Part shown: positions 59,546 to 64,000 of the stretch, in pieces
Layout of the letters: every line of letters starts with the position of its first letter
Numbering within the stretch: position 1 is the first letter of the stretch
DNA from: a bacterium
GTDB taxonomy: Bacteria; UBA8248
Length of the DNA: 64,000 nucleotides
Assembly (NCBI GenBank): GCA_965213685.1
Contig: CBDBZY010000012.1
Span: 64,001 to 128,000 of the forward strand
Reading direction: 5' to 3'
Notes under the pieces: generated by a model
What the model was told of the DNA's origin: nothing
Seen by the model: the letters and a program-made list of their open reading frames with translations, nothing else
The model's database searches: none
Made by a program: the position numbers and the translations under genes

Positions 59546-61072
59546 ATGCCCCGGTGGTTCGTGAAAGGCGACGTCGACGGCTTCTTCGGCCTGTGGATGG
59601 ACAACCTCATCAACCTTCTTCTGATCGTGAGCCTCCTCAAAGGGGTGCTGGGCTTTCCCGATTCGCTTATTTTCGGGCGCGTGCTGCCCGCCGCCGCCCT
59701 GAGCATCCTGGGCGGCAACCTCTTCTACGCCTGGCAGGCGCGGCGCCTGGCCGCGCGCGAGGGTCGCGACGACGTGACGGCCGTGCCATACGGCATCAAC
59801 ACGGTGACGCTTTTCGCCTTCATCTTCTTCGTCATGCTGCCCGTCAAGCTCCAGACCGGAAGCGCCGAGGCGGCCTGGCGGGCGGGTCTGGCGGCCTGCT
59901 TCGTGAGCGGGGCGATCGAGACCATCGGCTCGCTGGTGGGAGAGCGGATCCGCCGGCTCGCCCCCAGAGCCGCCCTGCTCTCGGCGCTGGGCGGCATCGC
60001 GCTCACCTTCCTCGCCATGGATTTCGCCTTCCGCATATGGGAGAGGCCGCTCCTCTCTATGGTGCCGCTGGCCATCATCCTGCTCCAGTATTTTGGCGGA
60101 TTCCGGCTGCCCCTCGGCCTGCCGGGCGGTCTCGTGGCGGTGGCGACGGGGGTGCTTCTCTCTCTCCTCATCGAGGGGGTTCCGGGCGACGTTCCCGCCC
60201 CCCTGGGCCTCGCACTCCCATCCCTGGCCACCGGCCCCTTGCTGGGCGCTCTTTTCGGCCCGCTCTCCCGGGATTTTCTCGCGATCTCCGTCCCCATGGG
60301 CCTCATGACGCTCGTGGGCAGCCTGATGGTCCTCGAGAGCGCGGCCGCGGCCGGGGACAGGTTCGAGGCGGGCAGCTCCCTGGCGGTGAACGGCGCGGGC
60401 TCCCTCCTCGCGGCCTGTCTGGGCAGCTGCTTTCCCACCACCCTGTATATCGGGCATCCGGGCTGGAAGGCCATGGGCGCGCGCGCCGGCTACAGCGCCC
60501 TCAACGGGGCGGTGGTGACGCTCCTTTGCTGCACCGGCTCGATTGCGTCGCTCTCGAAGATCATTCCGGGCGAGGCGCTGTTCGCCCTCATGCTGTGGAT
60601 AGGGCTGATGATGGTCACCCAGACGTTCCAGGCGGTTCCGGCGCGCCACGGCACGGCCGTGGCCATCGGGTTCATGCCCGCCATCGCCGCGTGGGGTCTT
60701 TTGATGGTGCAATCCTCCCTGCGGGCCGCGGGGACGAGCTTGTGGAAGGTGGGGGAGGAGGCCTTCGCCAGGGGGGGCTTTCACCTGAAGGGGATGATCG
60801 TCCTGGAGCGCGGCTTTATCTTCACGTCCATCCTCATCACGTCCATGGTGGCGAAGCTGGTGGACGGGGAGCCGAAGCAGGCGGCGGGCTGGGCGCTGGC
60901 CGCAGCGGCGCTGAGCTGGTTCGGGGTCATTCACGCCTGGCGCATCACGCCGGCGGGCGTCGTCAACTCCCTCGGCTGGGGGACGGCGCCCGGCATGGCG
61001 GCCGGTTATCTGCTCGTCGCGGGACTGTTCTTCGCGTTCTCGCTCACCTCGTTCGAGAAAAGGGCGCCTTAG
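59546..61072 (+). CDS. NCS2-family (nucleobase:cation symporter) permease
   Basis: WFVKGDVDGFFGL..DNL, TAVPYGIN, FPTTLYIGHPGWKAMGARAGYS; many TM segments. Confidence 0.8.
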   Translation: MPRWFVKGDVDGFFGLWMDNLINLLLIVSLLKGVLGFPDSLIFGRVLPAAALSILGGNLFYAWQARRLAAREGRDDVTAVPYGINTVTLFAFIFFVMLPVKLQTGSAEAAWRAGLAACFVSGAIETIGSLVGERIRRLAPRAALLSALGGIALTFLAMDFAFRIWERPLLSMVPLAIILLQYFGGFRLPLGLPGGLVAVATGVLLSLLIEGVPGDVPAPLGLALPSLATGPLLGALFGPLSRDFLAISVPMGLMTLVGSLMVLESAAAAGDRFEAGSSLAVNGAGSLLAACLGSCFPTTLYIGHPGWKAMGARAGYSALNGAVVTLLCCTGSIASLSKIIPGEALFALMLWIGLMMVTQTFQAVPARHGTAVAIGFMPAIAAWGLLMVQSSLRAAGTSLWKVGEEAFARGGFHLKGMIVLERGFIFTSILITSMVAKLVDGEPKQAAGWALAAAALSWFGVIHAWRITPAGVVNSLGWGTAPGMAAGYLLVAGLFFAFSLTSFEKRAP

Positions 61073-61354
61073 ATCCCCGCCGCGCCCATAACGCGCCCAT
61101 ACGCCCGTCATTAAAACGTCCGGCGGCGGGAGCGGGGGGAGACGCGCGAGGAGGAGGATGGGCGCACCGGTCGGGCGCGCGCGCCGGCCGGCTCTCGGGG
61201 GACGCCGCTTGCGCATTCCCCCGGCGTGTGTGTTTTGATGGTTGTCCGGGAAAGAAACCGGTTTCCGGAGGTTTGGGGAGGGGGAGGGGGCGCCCCATGG
61301 ACGAGGCGGCGCGTCTGCCGGGAGGCGGGCGTTTTCCGCCTTCTGGGAAAGGGC

Positions 61355-62884
61355 ATGGACATGCGGAATGACTCCACGTTTGATCTGGTGGCCATCGGCG
61401 GCGGCGTCGGGGGCCTGGTGGCCTCGGTGGGCGCCGCGCAGCTGGGCGCCAGGGTCGCGCTCGTCGAGAAGACGAAGCTGGGCGGGGATTGCCTCAACTA
61501 CGGGTGCGTGCCCTCGAAGGGGCTGATCCGCGCGGCGCGGCTGGCCGCGCAGGCGCGCTCGATGTCCGCCTTCGGGATTGACGCCGGGGAGGTGCGGGTC
61601 GATTTCCCGCGCGTCATGCGGCGGATGAAGGCCGCCCAGGCCCACATCGGCGCGCACGACGCGCCCGAGCGGTTCGAGGGCATGGGCATCGAGGTGATCT
61701 TCGGGGACGGGGCCTTCACCGGCCCGGACACGTTTCAGGCGGGGGGCAGGACCCTTCGCTCCCGGCGGTTTCTGCTGGCCACGGGAAGCTCGCCCTTCGT
61801 GCCGCCCATCGCCGGTCTCGAGGACGTGCCCTACCTCACGAACGAGACCGTTTTTGATCTGGAGCGGCTGCCCGGGCGCCTGGCGGTGCTGGGGGCGGGG
61901 CCCATCGGCCTGGAGTTGTCCCAGGCGTTTCAGCAGCTGGGCGCCGAGGTGGACGTGCTGCAAAGCGCGCCGAAGCTCCTGCCGAGGCTCGACGCCGAGA
62001 TGGCGGCGATTCTGGCCGAATCCCTGGGCGCGTCCGGCCTCAGGCTCCACTTCAACGTGAAGACGCAAAGGGTCGGGAGGCGCGGCGAGGAGATTCTCAT
62101 CGAGGCCGATACGCCGTCGGGCAGGAGGGAATGGGCGTGCGACCAGCTGCTCATCGCGACCGGCCGCTCGCCCAACGTGGGCGGCATGGACCTGGAGAAG
62201 GCGGGCGTGCGCTACACCCCGCGCGGCGTGGAGACGGACGCCTATCTCCAGACCGCGAATCCGCGCGTCTTCGCCGCCGGCGACGTCCGGGGGCAGTATC
62301 TGTTCACGCACATGGCGGAGTATGAAGCGGGCGTGGCGCTGCGCAACATGCTCTTTCGCGCCCCGTTCGGGGTGCCGCTGCCGTTTCTCCGGAAGAAGAC
62401 GAACTATGACGCCGTGCCCTGGACGATCTACACGACGCCCGAGGCGGCCCACGTCGGCCTCGGCGAGGCGGAGGCCAGGGCGGCTTTGGGGGAGAACCGC
62501 GCGCAGGTGTTCCGCTTTCCGATGAACCGGGTGGATCGCGCCGTCCTCGACGGCGAGACGGAGGGCTGCTGCAAGGTGGTGTGCGACGAGAGGGGCAGGC
62601 TCGTGGGGGCCGACCTGGTCGGGCCCGCAGCGGGGGAGATACTGCACGAGTTCGCGCTGGCCGTCCGCAAGAAGATGCACGTCAGGGAGGTGGTGGACAC
62701 GGTGCACGTGTACCCCACCCTGGCGCAGGTGAACAAGAGGGCGGCGGGCCGCTTCTACGCCGAGAAGCTCTTCACGCCCGCCTTCCGGAAGAAGATGCAG
62801 CGCCTGTTCGGTCTCCGGGGAAGCGTGGAGGTGGTGGACCCGGCCGACCTGGGCGGGCACGGCGCGGGGGAGCGGGGCCGCTAG
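61355..62884 (+). CDS. Pyridine nucleotide-disulfide oxidoreductase class I (mercuric reductase-like/Lpd family)
   Basis: IGGGVGG, GGDCLNYGCVPSK, GAGPIGLE, AAGDV, HVYPT. No C-terminal Cys-Cys. Confidence 0.85.
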   Translation: MDMRNDSTFDLVAIGGGVGGLVASVGAAQLGARVALVEKTKLGGDCLNYGCVPSKGLIRAARLAAQARSMSAFGIDAGEVRVDFPRVMRRMKAAQAHIGAHDAPERFEGMGIEVIFGDGAFTGPDTFQAGGRTLRSRRFLLATGSSPFVPPIAGLEDVPYLTNETVFDLERLPGRLAVLGAGPIGLELSQAFQQLGAEVDVLQSAPKLLPRLDAEMAAILAESLGASGLRLHFNVKTQRVGRRGEEILIEADTPSGRREWACDQLLIATGRSPNVGGMDLEKAGVRYTPRGVETDAYLQTANPRVFAAGDVRGQYLFTHMAEYEAGVALRNMLFRAPFGVPLPFLRKKTNYDAVPWTIYTTPEAAHVGLGEAEARAALGENRAQVFRFPMNRVDRAVLDGETEGCCKVVCDERGRLVGADLVGPAAGEILHEFALAVRKKMHVREVVDTVHVYPTLAQVNKRAAGRFYAEKLFTPAFRKKMQRLFGLRGSVEVVDPADLGGHGAGERGR

Positions 62885-63459
62885 ACGCCGAAATCCTTGA
62901 TCTTCGGTTCATCCAGCCCCAGGGCGTGGGCGATCTCGTGCAGGAGCAATTCGCCCATCTTCTCCCTGTAGCGGCGCGCGTCCCGCCGGCATTCGTGCTG
63001 GACGACCGCCGCGTATATCTCTATCGCGTTCAGGCGAGGTATCCATGCGGCCACGGGGTAGCTCCCCGCCGCGCGCACGATTTCGGGGGGCGGGAGCGCC
63101 AGCAGCCGGACGGGTATGCCCCGCTCCCGGATTTCCCGCGCCATCTCCGGATGGATGTCCTCTTCGACGACGTCCTCGAGGATGCGCTCCATCAGGAGAA
63201 TCTCCTCCTCCGACACCTCCGGGAAGAAAGACTCCATGAATTCGGCGAGCGCCTCCTCATCGGCGGGCACCTCGGGCTCCCTGGAGGGGAGGATGGCCTC
63301 TCTGTATTCGGACAGCCTAGCGCTTCCCGTGATGGCGAAGAACACGAGCGCGCCCAGGGCGATGACGCCCGCGAACGAGGCGAGGGCGACGAGCGGGGTG
63401 ACGTAGGGCTTCCACCACCAGTATTGCAGAAAGTCCCAATCGCCCAGGAGGTTCGCCAT
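62881..63459 (-). CDS. Membrane-anchored zincin-like metallopeptidase (HEXXH)
   Basis: N-terminal TM segment, acidic middle region, IEIY..LLHEIAHALGLDE. Confidence 0.6.
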   Translation of the reverse strand: MANLLGDWDFLQYWWWKPYVTPLVALASFAGVIALGALVFFAITGSARLSEYREAILPSREPEVPADEEALAEFMESFFPEVSEEEILLMERILEDVVEEDIHPEMAREIRERGIPVRLLALPPPEIVRAAGSYPVAAWIPRLNAIEIYAAVVQHECRRDARRYREKMGELLLHEIAHALGLDEPKIKDFGV

Positions 63460-63513
63460 CGGAAAAGCGCCCAACGAATGCGGCGGGTAAGGAGCCTCCC
63501 GGCGCGCGCGCGC

Positions 63514-64000
63514 TCAGCCCTCGAGGCTCATGAGGATGGGCTCCTCCAGCGCCTGGGCGACCCACCGCAGGAACCGGATGCCCTCCGCCCCGTCGATGGC
63601 GCGGTGATCGTAGGAGACCATGAGGGGGAGCATGAGGCGCGGCTGGAACTTCTCCTCCCTCCAGACCGGCTCGATCCGCGCCCGCGACACGCCCAGGATG
63701 GCGACCTCGGGCCAGTTCACGATCGGGGTGAAATAGGTGCCGCCGAAGCCGCCGAGGTTCGTGATGGTGATGGAGCCGCCCTGCATGTCGTCCGGCCCGA
63801 GCTTTCGGGCGCGGGCGCGCTCGGCGGCCGCGCGCAGCTCCGCCGAGAGCTCGATGATGTTCTTCTTGTCCGCGTCGCGGATAACCGGGACGAGCAGGCC
63901 GTTTTCGGTGTCCACGGCGACGCCCACGCTGACGTAGCTCTTGTAGACGATTTCCCCCACCGCCGCGTCGACGCTCGCGTTGAACTGCGGGAAGACCTTG
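63514..64000 (-). CDS. aceF: 2-oxoacid dehydrogenase E2 (dihydrolipoamide acetyltransferase), C-terminal part
   Basis: [53 protein letters not shown]. Truncated by window end. Confidence 0.88.
   Translation of the reverse strand, partial: KVFPQFNASVDAAVGEIVYKSYVSVGVAVDTENGLLVPVIRDADKKNIIELSAELRAAAERARARKLGPDDMQGGSITITNLGGFGGTYFTPIVNWPEVAILGVSRARIEPVWREEKFQPRLMLPLMVSYDHRAIDGAEGIRFLRWVAQALEEPILMSLEG

Noticed and set aside
59483-62860. 1125-aa minus-strand ORF and many other long overlapping ORFs (e.g. 16833-19022, 23889-25901, 30495-32552)
   Set aside because: These are antisense or off-frame shadows of recognisable genes, expected at high GC, and show no family motifs.
1-64000. Genome-wide UGA reassignment, CRISPR arrays, tRNA/rRNA
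   Set aside because: Many genes end normally at TGA and Trp is encoded by TGG. No repeat-spacer arrays or RNA gene signatures were seen by eye; a tRNAscan/Infernal run would be needed to exclude them.

Overview
GC-rich bacterial window of mostly catabolic and transport genes: hydantoinase/oxoprolinase, amidase, N-carbamoylase, PLP/TPP/flavin enzymes, three ABC systems, a complete Mrp antiporter operon and an NCS2 permease. I saw no rRNA, tRNA, CRISPR array or transposase. The ORF track hides two probable selenoproteins. One is a tandem-rhodanese sulfurtransferase (5360-6205) with TGA at the catalytic Cys position. The other is a glutaredoxin(UxxC)-DinB fusion (59378-58626). Each TGA is followed by a hairpin with a near-identical A-GUY-U apex, consistent with a bacterial SECIS. 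Other candidates: an unlisted 54-aa secreted NPCAP-repeat peptide plus a cupredoxin-like gene behind an OmpR/BaeS-type two-component system, and a solitary, lower-GC sacsin-like GHKL ATPase-SF2 helicase fusion (possible defence gene). Five +1 homopolymer frameshifts (four in hyuB, one in mrpD) look like sequencing errors. All family calls come from motif recognition by eye; no database search was run.
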